A stretch of 34,780 nt of DNA from Cyanophora paradoxa CCMP329 (taxonomy: Eukaryota; Plantae; Glaucophyta), in the NCBI GenBank assembly GCA_004431415.1, contig QPMI01000156.1, positions 1 through 34,780 on the forward strand, in the 5' to 3' direction. Shown here in pieces: positions 9,671-22,639 of the stretch; position 1 is the stretch's first letter, and every line of letters begins with the position of its first letter. The notes under the pieces are model-generated. The model did not search any database. It was not told where the DNA came from and saw nothing but the letters and a program-made list of their open reading frames with translations. The translations under genes were made by a program, and so were the position numbers.

Positions 9671-12600
9671 TCAGGCCTTGGCGGAAGGCGCAATGGTGAC
9701 CCCGCGGGAGGCGCGCGAGGCCGGCCGCGCGCGCTCCGTCAGCGGCCCCACCGCCTCCCCGGGCAGGGACGGCGGCTCGGGGCCCTCTGCATCAAACGCG
9801 AGCACGGCCGGCTCCCGCCCGGCGCCGGCGGCCGGCGCGGGCGAGGGGGGATCGGGGGCCCGGACGCCGACCGCGGGGAGCGGGGGCGAGGGAGGGGCGG
9901 GCGCTGGAGGGAGGAAGGAGGCGCGGGGCGCGCCCAGCCCGGAGAGCAGTGCGGGGCGCCCGCCCTCCTCCGCCGGCTCCGTCATCTGCACCGTCACATC
10001 AGGCGCGGCCGCGGCGGCGGGCGCGCCGGCCGCGCGCGCACCGCCAGAGGGCGTGCAACACGGGGAGCGCGCTGGCGCCGGCCCCCGCCCCTTCGCCCTC
10101 CCACGTCTCCTGAACGTGCGCCGGTGACGGCCCGAGCAGCTCCGTCCACGAGTCTGCCCGCGGCGCGCGTGAGCAGAGGCGGGGGCGGTGCGCGCGCGGC
10201 CTGGGCGGCACCGGCGCGGGCGGTCCGCCCCTCCTCGTCGCCCTCGCGCTTGCGGTCGGGGGCGGCGGCGGCGGCGGTAGCGGTGGCCGTGAAGATGGAG
10301 TTGGATGGGTCGCTCAGGGCTGCCCCCTCCGAGCCCGGTGTGCGGGGGGGGCGCCGCGCCCACCCATCTTCGCCCTCGCTCCCCGAGAGCGAGAAGGGCG
10401 AGGCCGGCGCGCGCGGGGCGCGCGGGGCGAGCTCGCCTGCCGTGCCCGCCAGGCCGCGGCGCCCCTCCCCGCCCTCGCCCTCCTCGTCGTCGCACTTGGG
10501 AGGCGAAGGGCGGCTCGGGGCGCGGGGGGCGACGGAGCGGAAGGAGCGGGAGGTTTCGAGGGATGGGAAGCGGGCGGCGGCGGCGCGGCGGAGGAAGCGG
10601 GTGTAGTAGGCGGCGATGAGGCCGCCCCCGACCAGCAGCGCCGCCCCGTGGAACGCGTACTGCACCGCCCGCACGTCGTCTGCCGCCAAGCGCGTGAGGC
10701 GGGCAGGGCCGGGGCCCAAGGCGGAGACGGGGCGTGGGCGGCGGACAGTCGGGGCGGACGAAGGCGGCGGAGGAGGCCATCTCCATGCAGGACGTGAAGG
10801 CGAGGGCGAGGAGGAAGAGGGACTCGATTGCGTTGTCCAGCGGCTGCCGGTACGGGCTCGCCAGCCCGTGCAGCACCACGAAGCTGCCCGGGCGTTTCTC
10901 TCAGCGGCGCGCCTCGCGGTGCCGGCCGCGGGCTGCGGCGCACCAGGCGCAGGCGAGGAAGAGGGCGAGGGCGCGGGCGTTGTCGGCGCTGGCGAACTGC
11001 CGCGGACGTCGGAAGGAGCGGGGCGGGGCAGGGCGGGGCAGGACGGGGCAGGGTGCGCACGGCAGTGTCGATGGCGATGAGGGCGATGCGGCGGACCATC
11101 ACGACGACCTGTGCGGCCGGGGCGTGAGGCGGCTCCGGCTGGGCGGGGCGAACCGGGGGTGCGGGCCTCGTAGAAGCGCCAGGGGGCGCGGTAGCAGGCG
11201 AAGACGACGCCGTAGCGCCAGATGGCCTCGTCAGAGTAGAGCCAGCCGAGGCCCCGGCGCCCCAGGCGCAGCACCAGGCCCGCCAGGCCCACCTGCGCGC
11301 GGGCGGGCGTCGGCCCAAGGCGGGCGCCGGGCCCGAAGAGGGGTGCGCGCACGGGGAGGGCGACGACGTAGGCGAGGAGCATGACATAGGCGACGGGGAG
11401 CCAGCGGCGGTACTCCCCCGAGGCGCACGAGACCGACGGGAAGCGCCGCAGCACGCGACTGCGGGGCCCTCGCTGTCAGAGGGGGACAAAGGAGCAGGGG
11501 GCGGGGCGGGGCGGGACGGGGCCCGGGGCCGCACTCGTCGCCGACGGCGACGCAGTCGAGGAACTGGATGGACGTGTTCGCGATCGCGATGTACGCCACC
11601 GCTGACCCGAGGCGAGTCATGGGCCGCGGGGCCGCGGGGCCGGCGCGGGCGGACTGGCGATCTGGAAGGCCATGACGAAGAGGCGACGCTGGAGGACGGG
11701 GAGCGCCCCGTCGCGCCGCTTCCGCGAGAGGCGGCCCCGCGCCACCTGCGCATCGCCCCGGGCTCAGAGCGGCGAGGGCCGGCGGGATGGGACGGGGCCG
11801 GCCTCGATGGCGAGGGCGGCGATGACGAAGAGACAGAGGCCGACGAACGCGAAGGCCGGGATCCTGCAAGCCCCGCCGCCGCCGCAGCCTCAGCAGACTC
11901 CGGCGAGAAGAGGGGAGGAAGGGGGCGGGCCAGTAGCCGAGGAGGGTGCGCTGGATGGGCGCCAGGTCGAAGGGGCAGCGGAGGGAGGAGGCAAAGAGTG
12001 CGTCCCAGCTGAGGTGCGAGACGAACGATCCGGCCTCGTCCTGCCCGGGTTCCGCCCCGCCCGGCGCCTCAGACGCCGCCATGGGGGCGCACGGCTGCCG
12101 TGCGGGGCGCGCGCCTTGACGATGAGGGCGGCCGCCTGCACGAAGAAGATCTGCGGGGGGCGGGTGAGCCCCGGGCGGTCCCGGGTGCCCCGGGGGCGCG
12201 CCCCGCGCACCACCGACTTGACCTTGCCCGAGTTGGGCAGACCGGCGCTGCCGCCGGGCTGTGAGGGGCGGGGCGGCGGGGGACGGGCGGGGGCGCACGA
12301 GAGGAACCAGGCGCCGACGACGAGGAGGGCCCCCGCCGCCATAGGCACCAGCAGCAGCGCGTACCTGCCCGCCCCGGCCCGCGCTCCACGCACGCCCCAG
12401 GGCCGCGCGGCCAGTCTGGCGGGGCGCCCGCGCGCGCACTGGGGGTTGTTGCAGCGGGTGCACTGGCTGGCCCAGTCGCTGTACCCCTCCTGGCTGCGAC
12501 CGGTGGGACGCATGTCAGCGACGAGAGGCGAGCGGGGCGGGGGCCGGCGCGCGCAAGCGCACCAGGTGCCGCAGAGGGTGCCGATGCGGTGCGGGGCGCT

Positions 12601-15600
12601 GCGCAGGCGCGCGTCGCTGTGGTCGCAGGAGGCGGGGCGGGAAGGCGAGGCCAGGGCGCACCACTGGCGCTCGGGCGGGCACTTGCCGCCGGGGCAGCAG
12701 TAGCCGCGGGGGCAGCGGAAGAGGGCGGGGCGGGCGCGGGCGAGCGAGGCCGGCTCCAGCCAGAAGCCCTCCTCCACGAGGATAACTTTTTTCCCCGGGC
12801 AGCTTGCCCCCGCCGGACACGAGCGGCACTCCGAGTCGGCCTCGAGCCCGTAGCTCCCCGCGGCACTGCTGGAAGGTCGGCCGGGGTGCGAAGTGGGGGG
12901 TGGAGGGTGGGGCGGGGGGCGGGGCGGGGTGAAGAGGGGCCGGGGACGGAGGGCGGGGCGGGGGCGGGGGCCGGGGATGGAGCGTGGGTCGCGGCCGGGG
13001 CGGGGGCGGGGCGGGGCACCAGGGGATGCAGCGGAAGGACGTGGGGCTCACGACCGGCGAGAACCCGGCGACGCAAGGCCGGACCTCGAGCTGCACCGTC
13101 GCCGTCGCCATGTCTGCCCCCGCCCCAGCCCGCCCCCGCTCGCTCGCCCGCCCGCGCCCGGCCACGCGCCGGCGCCTCCCGCCGCACCGGAGACGAGGTG
13201 GAGGGGAAAGGAGCGTTCGGGGCTGTCGCTGACGTAGAAGTCAAGCTCGAATTGCACCGTACCCCGCTTGAAGACCTTGGGGGGGCGGGGGTGGGGGGGG
13301 GGGGGGTGTGGGGGCGGGAAGGTGAGGCAGGCGAGGGCTGGGGAGCAGGGGCTGGGGCGGGCCTGGATGGGGGCGAGGGTGTTGACGGTGAGGCCCTTCG
13401 GCGCCTCGAGTTGGACGAGCACGGGCCTGCGGGTAAAGTGCCTCGGCGGCTCAGCGCAGAACGAGAGGTGGCTGGCGGGCGCGGCGGGGCGCTTACGGCG
13501 AGGCGGAGGTGACGAGCTGGCCTGCGGGGCGGTGGTCGGGCGGGGCGGGGCGGGGCGGGCGGGGCGGACCGAGGCCGTCGACGAGGCTCGCGGAGACGAA
13601 GAGGGCCTCGCCGGGGGCGCTCGCCAGGCCCGACCCGTTCACCACGACCCGCAGCGGCCGCGTCGCCAGCCCGCGCCCCAGTCCGCCGCGTTGCCCCGCA
13701 GCCGCACCGCACCGTCCATTGCCAGCCGCGGCCGCACGCTGCCTCGGCGGCGCCGGCGGCGTCAGCGTCGGCGCCGGCGGCCAGCGGGGGCGCACGCGCG
13801 CGCACCCCTCGTCGTAGAGCACGCCGCCGGCGAAGGCGGCTTCGTTCGCCTCGAAGAGCGTACCGTTCGCCTCCAGCGCCGCCGCCTCCGGCAGCGCTGC
13901 CGCCACGCCCACAGCCGCCCCGTACCTGCCCGCCCTCAGCCGCGCGCGCTTCGATTTGATTTCGGGCCCGAGCTCCGCACTGGGCGCGGTTGCGAGCGAA
14001 GGTGGACTCTATGAGCGCCACGCGGTGCGCCGACTCGACGTACACGCCGCCCCTGCGCCGCGGCCGCGCGCGTTGACCCTGCGCCGCTTTGCCGCGGGGA
14101 GACCTGGACAGTGCGGACCCGGCGAGCGCGGCGTTCTCTTCTACGGTTGTCCCGTTGAAGGTCACCTACGCCCGCGCACGCATCGGCGGCGGCCCTGCCG
14201 GCGGCGGCGGCGGCCCTGTCGGGGCGCGCACGTGGGCCTGGCCGCCGACGAAGAGGCCGCCGCCGCGCTCGAGGGCGCGGTTGCGCGCCACGCGGCCGCC
14301 CACCACGGTCACCTGCCGCCCCCTCATCCGCTCGAGGCGGCGGCGCAGGGCGCGGGCCCCTCCACCAGGTCCCTCGCGCGCCGCACCTGGGCGTCGTCGA
14401 TGGCGGCGATCGCTCCGCCGCGGTTCGCAACGTTGTCTGCCCCCGGCACGCGTCAGCAAGCGCTGGAGAGGGGGCGGCCCTCGCCCACCGGGCGGCGCAC
14501 CCTCTATGATGGTGTCGCGGATGAGGAACGTGCTCTGCGCGAGCGACGCCGCAGACGTGAGCGGCGCGCAAGGGCGGCGGGGGCAGGGGCTGGGCCGGGG
14601 GCCGGAGAGGGCGGACGCGGTCGGAGGCCTGGATGGTTCCCAAGCCGCCGGTGCAGTTGGCGATGGTCGCCCCCTCGATCTCGACCCGCACCTCGCCCTG
14701 GAGGCGGAGGAAGCCGCCGGCGTTGGTGCGGCTCGAGAAGCCGGCGAAGCGACCCCGCCGGATCGTCAGCGAGTTCCCGTCCCCCTGCCCCCGCCCCGCG
14801 CCCCCCGTCAGCCGCGTCCTTGCCATCCAGCGCGGGGGCGGGGGCGCGCCCAGATGCCGACGAAGCCGCCGCCCCAGTCCGAGGCCTCCCCGTCCTCCGC
14901 CTCCACGTCCTCCAGCACCGCATGCGTCTCCCCCCGGTCTGCCCCCGCCCGCCCCCCTCAGATCCGCAACAGGCCCGGACGCCGGGGCGCGCTGCCGCGC
15001 ACTGTAGAAGGCGCCGCCCTGGGAGGAGGAGGAGCGGCGAAAGGAGGAGCGGCGGACGACGAGCGACGACGAGCCCGACATCGTCACGTGGCCCCCGCCG
15101 CCTGACCCGCCCCTCCGTTGGGACCGGCAGGCCGCGCGCTGCGCGGCGGCCTTCCCCTGACACGCACCCTTCTCGCTCTCGTTGTCGACAAAGGTGCAGT
15201 CCTGAGCACCGGGGCGGGTGCCAGGGTAAGGCCCGGGCCGCGCTGCAGGGCGGGGCGGGGCGGGGCCAGTCGCGCCTCGTAGACGGGCGCGCAGGAGGTG
15301 GAGACGGCCACGGCCCCGCCTCCACCCCCTCGCGCCCGATTTCGGCGAAAGACCGTTCTGGGAAGCGGAAGGTGAGCGGGTCGCGGGGCGGCTGGGCGGG
15401 GTCGGCGCGCCGGATGAAGGTGATGCGGTCATCGCCGTAGTGGTAGAACGCTGTGGGCGAGCGCGTGGCGGCTCCGAGGCTCGGGCGTGGCCGCTCGGGC
15501 GGGGCGGGGCGGGGCGGGGCGGCTGGGCGGGCGCACCGCCGCCGCTCCACGAGCTGAAGTTGTCCTCGAAGCTGGGGCGGGGGCCGTCGGGCGGCGCGGC

Positions 15601-17051
15601 GCCGCGCTCGCGGAGCGGCGGGCGGCGCGGCGGGCGCACACGCAGTCCTCGAAGCGCGCCGTCGACGTCGTACCGGAGTCCCCGCCGCCTGCGCGCGCCG
15701 CCGTGAGCTCGAGGCGCCGCGCTGCGGACCGCGCTGCGGGCCGACGCCGTGGCGAGGGGGCGTGCGCGCGTACCGCCGTAGGGCGACTCGTTGCCTGCGA
15801 AGCGCGTGCGGCGGACGACGATGGCGCTTCGGCCCTCCGGCACGATCCCTGCGACCCGGGCCCCGCACCGCCTCGCCGATGCGGAGCAGCGCGGCCGCGC
15901 GCGCGCGCGCGCACCGCCGCCGAAGTTGTCGGCCTTGTTCTTCTCTGCGGCGCGCCCGTCAGCGCGGCGCGCGCGACGCGCAGCGGACAGCTGACGAACC
16001 GAAGAGGCAGTCCTCGAGCACAGCCGCTGGGCGCCCGGTCGGCGGGGAAGGACCGTTCGCGTGGGGGGGAGGGGGGGTACCGGAGTCGTCGTGGAACCAG
16101 GCGCCGCCGCCGCCGAGCCAAGCGGAGCAGGCGCGGAAGGTAACCCGCCGGAGGGTGGGGCTCGCGCCCTTCGCCGCGTACAGGCCGCCCCCCGCGTTCG
16201 TCACGTACGGCAGCGGGCCGCCCCCCGTCGACGCCGGCGCCAGCCTGCGGCCCGCCGGGCCCCCGCCTGAGCGGCGCCCTGCAGCTGGGGCGGGGGGCCG
16301 GGGCACCCCGTGGCGGCGCAGCCGTCGAACGCGACGTCCTCGAGCAACACGCCGGTGCTGCACGCCGGCGCGGAGCGCCGTGCACGTGAGGGGGGGGCTG
16401 GGGGGCGCGAGGGGCCGGCGGGCGCGCCTCGTGTTGCGGAGCATGTCGAGGAGGAGGCAGCCGGCGGTCCAGGCCTTGCCGCCCCGCAGCGTCAGCATCC
16501 GAAGCCGCGCCCCCGCCGCCGCGTCCCCCAGCGTCATCACCTGCCCCCGCCGCCCCGGGCCCCGCTCGCTCGCCCCGGCCGCGGCCGGGCCCGGGGGGAG
16601 GGGCGGGGGAGGGGAGGACCCTGTCGCGGCCCTCGCCGTCGATAACGACGTCGGCGGGGCTCGCGCCGGCCCCCTCGATCGTCAGGCGCGCCTCCGGCGG
16701 CTGCCGCCGGCGTCGGCGGGGCCGCACGGTGGGGCGCGGCGGGGCGTGGCGGGGCTCCACGGGGGCGGGGCCTGACCTGCAGGCGGACCTCCCGGTAGGT
16801 GCCGGGGGCGAGCCGCACCGTGTCGCCCGCCGCCGCCTCTGCGAGGCCTGCGCACCGCCGCATCGCGAGGGGCGAACTCGCGGGGCGGCGGGCGCTGGTG
16901 AGCGGCCCGCACCGCGGGCGAGGGTCTTGCAGGGGGCGGCGGGGGCGCGCCCGCAGCCGGCGGCGTCTGAGCCTCCGGGGTCCACTTCGAGGGTGGCGGC
17001 CGAGGCCAGCTGCAGGGCGGCGGCCAGGGCCAGCGCGAGGCACAGCTGCAT
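9671..17051 (-). CDS. Large multi-exon cell-surface protein: signal peptide, pectin-lyase-like/Pmp-like beta-helix repeats, Cys-rich region, multi-pass TM C-terminal domain, low-complexity cytosolic tail
   Basis: Signal peptide MQLCLALALAAALQLASAA (alternative ATG at 17123). FxxN..GG(G/A) repeats: FSENKADNFGGG, FEDNFSSWSGGG, NRALERGGGLFV, FEANEAAFAGGVLY. Cys-rich FWLEP..FRCPRGYCCP..IGTLCG..GYSDWASQCTRC. TM-region motifs IFFVQ, LRRFPSVSC, YGVVFACYRAPWRFYE, MVRRIALIAI, SPYRQPLDNAIE. Exon borders are only partly resolved. Confidence 0.8.
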
Positions 17052-18100
17052 GCATATGGCGCCCAGACTCCTTGAGGCCCACATCCAGCAGCTTGGCCGC
17101 AGCAGGCTTCTGTCCCGCTTCATGCAGAGGATGCCCGCATATATATTCGCTTTGCCGGTGCTTCAATTTGAGGCTGCAGCTGCGCAGCGACCTGCAGCTG
17201 CCTGCAATCGCAACGCGCGACAGTACGCCTCAGCTGCAGCCGCTGAGCTGTCAGTGCACGTGTTACTTAAAGCCGAAGCTCAAGTTCCGAAGTTCGAAAA
17301 CACGCCGCGGCTACCGGTACCGTATACGGTACGTATACGCTGCGAAGTCTCCACCGTAGGTCCGCAGTACAGTCCAGACGTACGCGTCGACTGTGCGGCG
17401 GTGTGCGCGCGCGTCGTCGACGTCGGCGACTCGTCGCGCCGGTCGCGGTCGACGTCGCGCGCGGCATGTGCGCAGCACAGTGCCAGTACTGGGGCACTAG
17501 CTGCGCATCGATATCCGGGCCTCTGGCACTTCTGCATCTGCGGCCGGCAGCAGCTGCAGCTGCAGACATCAATAATCGGGGGTACAATGATCGGCTCTCA
17601 CTAGCCTCTCAGATGCCTCGGCTGCCCACTCGAACTCGGACCTCCGCGCGATAGAAAAAAACCAAGCCGGGCGAATGGCGAATCATTGGCGATAAATAGG
17701 CGGGCGAATGGCGATCGACGAAGCAAAGCTCCAATAGCGAGCCTTCGAATTCTCAGCGTTGGCGCTCTGCGGCTGCAAAGTAACTGTATAACTAGTTTAT
17801 AATATAGTGGATTACCCTAGCAACGCGGAGGGTAATCTGTTTTCCCTCTGCGGCGAGTAGGCGTGAGTCAGCGTGCGGGCACGTCCGAGCTAGTGTACCC
17901 CAACCGGAGCCGGGAGGGGTAGTCGTTCTTCGCTAAAGCGGGGAGCCGGCAGCGCTGAGCGCGGCGTGACGTAGCCGGCGCCGCGTGAGGGAACTACGTA
18001 AACCTGTTCACTCTACTACCAGCCTAGTACCAGGCCAGGCTGGGAATTTGAAACTCGGTCCTCGGAAGCTGCCACTGGTAAGTTTTGAACACATTTGGAC

Positions 18101-18181
18101 CAGTCCGAACTTCGGAAGTACGGCTGGTGCGAGCCTAAAGGGAAAGAAAAAAGCAAAATTCTGCCAGCATTTGGCTGACCA
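18101..18181 (+). repeat. 81-bp dispersed direct repeat, copy 1
   Basis: CAGTCCGAACTTCGGAAGTACGG...CAGCATTTGGCTGACCA, identical to 27507-27587. Confidence 0.95.
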
Positions 18182-19820
18182 TCCCCACCATCCCCGAACC
18201 TCACCTCGAGGCGCCGGCCCCGCCGGCGCCCCATGCCAGGCTCTGGGGAAAGACTCGAGTTTCCCCATACAGACCGGCCTCAGGCGGAGCTAAGAGGTCC
18301 TCCAGCGGCCCCTCAGGGCCTGAAAGCAACGCTACAGCGCGAGTCCGGCTGCTTCACAGCGCGCGCGGCACGACCGCGCGTACGCGCGCACAAGTAGGCC
18401 GGGCTGCGCGACGCCGCAGCTGCAGTCCGCGAACCTTCGCGCCCCGACAGACGATTGCGCACTAAGCAGAGCGCGTCGGTATACGACCCCAAACTGCCAG
18501 GCGCACCCACGCCAACCAGGCTGCGGACAAGCGAGTCCCTGCGGAGCAGGAGTGGCCTTGGGTCTTGGGGACTCAAGGCGTGAGGGTCCCGGGTGGCCGC
18601 TCTTTGTTTTTAAAACGCGTACGGGGGCCCGCGCGCAACCGCGCGCGGTTATTATATATATGTACTGCTGCAGCTGTTGAGCCCGGAGAGGACTACGCCG
18701 CCTAGTAGCTTCTATAGCTAGCTTGGTCCAGCTAGCGCCAGCGATTCGCATATGCATGGTGCTTCGAGCTGCGGTGACCCATAGCTATAGCGGCCGCTGG
18801 CCCAGTGGCTGACCGTTGCTAAGCTGCCGGCCGCGGGGCGGAATGTGCCGGCGCCACGGTGCGCCACGCCGCGCGCGCCGCGCCCGTGGTGGTCTCGTAT
18901 ATATACGTACGCGTATATCGATATCAGCTGCAGTGACTCTCAGCTGAGCGAAGCGACGCGTGACGCGCGCGGCTCGGTCACGTGCACGGCCGCGCCGCCG
19001 CGGTGACTCCAGCCTTCCAGCCGGGTACAGAGGCTCTTTGCACTTTCCATCGGCGAAGGGGAAGCAAGCTGGAAACCAATGACAATCGCGCTTGTCCGTG
19101 AATGGGGCGATTGAGCTTTTCGGCCAATGGCGATCGGGCTTCACGCGAACAATTTCGTTCGTACGTGCTGTTAGTGCTTGTTAGAGGTGTCACATTTGAA
19201 AAGTAGCGCCGCCATCGTGCTCCCTAGGGTGGAAAATGGGTACCTAGGTCCAGAACTTTTGTCTATAAAATCAATTTGAAGTTTGCCACAAGATACGCAC
19301 AGACCTAAGGGCCTCTCCTTTCCCCAAGGCCGATACCGAGCGGCAGACACAACCGCGCTCAGCTCAGCTTCCGAACCCATGCACCGGGCGCAGCCCGCGC
19401 GCGCATACCGGCTCAGAACAAGCTCTCGAAGCCAGCGCCGCCATGAGAGCCGTCGCGGCGAACCGCAGGCACTCGTACCGACCGAGCTCTGTGGCGGTTC
19501 CCCGCACCGAGCGCGTCCACAGTGGCGCAGTTGCGAAGAAGCAACGCAAGTCAGCCACCGAGACGATCACGCCGAACAGCGCCAAAGAGGACTCGTTTGA
19601 TCCTCGACGACCCCTCATGATCAAGCCTAACGAGCCTCAAGCCGCGACTGCTAGCGGTACCCCCGCGCACCGCAAATCGCCCGCAGCAAACCGACACGCC
19701 CGGACGTTTTGAAGCACTTTGCCCGGTTCTTACACCCTACGCGCACGCTTCGCCGTACAAAGCAAAGGCCGGGCGGCGCTACAAAGTACTCGTTTTTCCG
19801 CGACGATCTTAGCAAGCTTG

Positions 19821-19910
19821 AAGCCGCAAGCCGCCACTTCTTCCCCCCCGGCTTACATTTAAGCCGCAAGTCACCACTTCTTCCCCCCCGGCTTTGGCTC
19901 AAGCCGCCCA
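19821..19910. repeat. 40-bp tandem repeat, about 2.2 copies
   Basis: AAGCCGCAAG(C/T)C(G/A)CCACTTCTTCCCCCCCGGCTT at 19821 and 19861, with a partial copy at about 19900. Confidence 0.85.
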
Positions 19911-21039
19911 AGCCTCAAGCTTCTTTTACTAAGGTAAGCGTTTATACGCATGCGCTGTAGTGGACCAAACAATTCCGTGGACCATCAAATTTTTTTGGTC
20001 CGCGTTTTTGATCCATCTTCGAGTAAATGCGTAGCCCGACACAAAGCGGGGGATTGCGTTACGCCAGGATACAGCTAGCTAGAGCCGCAGTCGATCCCTA
20101 TAGCTAGAGCTCGTACGCGTACGGCCGGGGCGATCGCACGATGGGCAAGATCTAGAAGCCAGACGTCGACGGTGCAGGTGGCCGCGGCAGGAAGGAGGGC
20201 AGCGTCGACAGTGCAAGTGCAAGTGCAAGCACGATCGATGGAGCCGGCGCGCAGCTGATGTGAAGGTTTTAACGAGGCAGAGGTTCGCTGCCCTCGCGTC
20301 CCGCACTGCGCAAGCATCGCGCGCATGCGCCGGTGCTTCTAGATCTACTTCGCGACGAAGCGAGGAGCCGCGGAGCCGGAGGCGGACAACGTGCCTTCTT
20401 GAAGCAGCAGCTGCAGCAGCTCGAACAAGAAGGCGCCGCCCAGGCCACGAGCTTGAGCGCCGCTGCGCCGCCGCGCCCGCTAGCGCTTCGAGCCCAGACG
20501 TGTTGTCTATCGTCGCGCGCAGCCTTGGCACAGCGTTTGCCGGGAGCTGGCGGCGACCGGCCGTCCGCAAAGAAGCCAATTGCACTGCGGCAAAGGCCGC
20601 AGCGGGGAGACCTTCCTGAACACACATCGACCCTAAAAGGCACATCTGGGACGAGCCGAAGGACAAAGGCAAGAAGGACCGACGGCTGGGAACGCCGCCG
20701 AGGGGAAGCGACGCCGCCGGAGGAGCCCGTTTCAGTCTCCGTGTACTGCCTCTGAAGGTGCGCCTGTGTGCATTGTGTTACGCAGTCTCTTACATTGAGT
20801 TACACATAAGCCACACATGAGTTGCGTAACACATTCCATACACTGTGGCGAACACTGTGTAACGCAATCGGCAGCCTGCCGGCGGGCGGCGCGGCTCGAC
20901 GAGCGCGGCGGAGGAGCAGCGGGCGGGCCGCGGCTCGACGGGCGGCCGGCGGCGGTGCGGCTCGACGGGCAGGGCGGCGCCGCGGCGGGCGGAGGTGTGG
21001 CCGGCGGCGGCGCGGATCAACGGGCGGGGCGGTGCCCCG

Positions 21040-21385
21040 GCGGGCGGCGGCGCGGCTCGGCTCTGGGCGGGGCGGAGGATCGGAGCGGCCGGCGGCGGCG
21101 CGGCTCGACGGGTGGGCGGCGCCGCGGCGGGCGGCGGCGCGGCTCGGCTCTGGGCGGGGCGGAGGATCGGAGCGGCCGGCGGCGGCGCGGCTCGACGGGT
21201 GGGCGGCGCCGCGGCGGGCGGCGGCGCGGCTCGGCTCTGGGCGGGGCGGAGGATCGGAGCGGCCGGCGGCGGCGCGGCTCGACGGGTGGGGCGGCGCCGC
21301 GGCGGGCGGCGGCGCGGCTCGGCTCTGGGCGGGGCGGAGGATCGAAGCGGCCGGCGGCGGCGCGGCTCGACGGGCGGGGCGGCGA
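21040..21385. repeat. GC-rich minisatellite, 87-88-bp unit, about 4 copies (degenerate copies upstream from ~20870)
   Basis: CTCTGGGCGGGGCGGAGGATCG recurs at 21061, 21148, 21235 and 21323. Confidence 0.9.
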
Positions 21386-21423
21386 GCGTGAGAGCACACA
21401 GGAACGACGTGTATTAAACTCAA

Positions 21424-21606
21424 ATTCAGAATCTATAAGATGAGCCGGGGCCGCCGGGCGCGAGACAAAAGGCTCGCCTTGAGGGAGTGAGGGGTGCACA
21501 TGAGGGGATGGGCCCGCGGAACTGCGCCCGTTCTCCCCAGGACGGGCCCCGCGCCTGCATCGGAGCGCCTGCATCAGAGATTCAGAATCTATAAGATGAG
21601 CCGGGG
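21424..21606. repeat. 27-bp direct repeat pair ATTCAGAATCTATAAGATGAGCCGGGG
   Basis: Copies at 21424-21450 and 21580-21606. Confidence 0.85.
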
Positions 21607-22099
21607 GCGCCGAGCGCTAGGCCCTGAGGGGGATGACCAGATCGAGACCAGGGCACCATATGCCATCCACATCATGGCATCAGTACGTACTCGATTCTTT
21701 CCGAACTGCATATCTTTGGATGGAAATTAGGTGTATGAGATCAGAGGACATCATGAGAACGACAATTAAAGGGGCTTTCAGGATATATAAAAAGGTCGGG
21801 ACTCGCAAATTACCCTTGCCCGTACGAGGCCGAAAAAATGTCTGACGAGTTCTCAAACTTGAATTCGAAACCTGACAACTTAACCTCACCCGTTTCTGTC
21901 ATCATGAAAACTGACCTCGGTGGGTGACTCCATTACCACTGAATATACATAACAGCATGCATATTGCATATAATTTATAAAGGCTTAAACAAGCCTTACT
22001 AAGTTATATATCATCATGGCATGATCACTCATCATGGCATTCACTGGGCATCCGATGATCCCTTGTTGGAACGAAATCGCCCCGACGCGCCCCATATGC

Positions 22100-22312
22100 A
22101 TCATGCCCCGCCACCGTGCCCCAATTGCAACGCTGTGACGTGTCCCCTAAGGACCCGGGATTCTAGTACATGTTACTTGCGGCCATGCCCCGACGTGCCC
22201 CACGTGCCCCATCGTGCCCCACCATGCCCCGACGTGCCCCACCATGCGGCCGTGCCCCGACGTGCCCCACCATGCCCCGCCACCGTGCCACAACGCTGTG
22301 ACGTGTCCCCTA
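22100..22312. repeat. Array of short (G/A)TGCCCC motifs bracketed by a 22-bp direct repeat
   Basis: Many GTGCCCC/ATGCCCC units; CAACGCTGTGACGTGTCCCCTA occurs at 22128-22149 and 22291-22312. Confidence 0.8.
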
Positions 22313-22639
22313 TGTTACTCTTAAACATCGCCATATGCATGTACAACGTTAACATGCGGCAAGCCGCGCCGCCGAACTCCGAGCCTCACGCACCGCCTGG
22401 CGAGCCGCGGCGCCAGCCGCCTCGCCTCCTTCCCGCCCCGCAAGCCGCGCCGCCGCCCACCACGCCGCCGCCCACCACGCCGCCGCCCCATGCGACGAGA
22501 CGCGGAGCCGCCCGCGGCGCCGCTGCCCCGCCGGCGAGCCGCCGCCCCGCCCGCCGAGCCGCGGCGCCGCCCGCCGAGCCTCCCGCACAACCGGCCGGGG
22601 GGATGGCGCCGGCGCGGGGGCGGGGGCCGCGACCCGGGG

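Noticed and set aside
39-17604. Dozens of long Arg/Pro/Gly/Ala-rich ORFs in the six-frame track
   Set aside because: These are shadow or read-through frames caused by extreme GC content and stop-free short introns; the real proteins emerge only after splicing.
17800-18100. snRNA, SRP, RNase P/MRP or telomerase RNA gene
   Set aside because: No diagnostic boxes or template sequence were found on either strand by eye.
20333-20755. 140-aa ORF inside the TIR element as a transposase
   Set aside because: Only a short coiled-coil-like stretch and no catalytic motifs; at most a second decayed captured fragment.
21040-21385. Possible CRISPR array
   Set aside because: The units are wholly repeated with no unique spacers, there are no cas genes, and the context is eukaryotic; it is a minisatellite.
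21450-21500. Minus-strand GEPFVSR as the TlyA YVSRG motif
   Set aside because: It lies downstream of the tlyA fragment in the wrong order and has no further similarity; likely chance.
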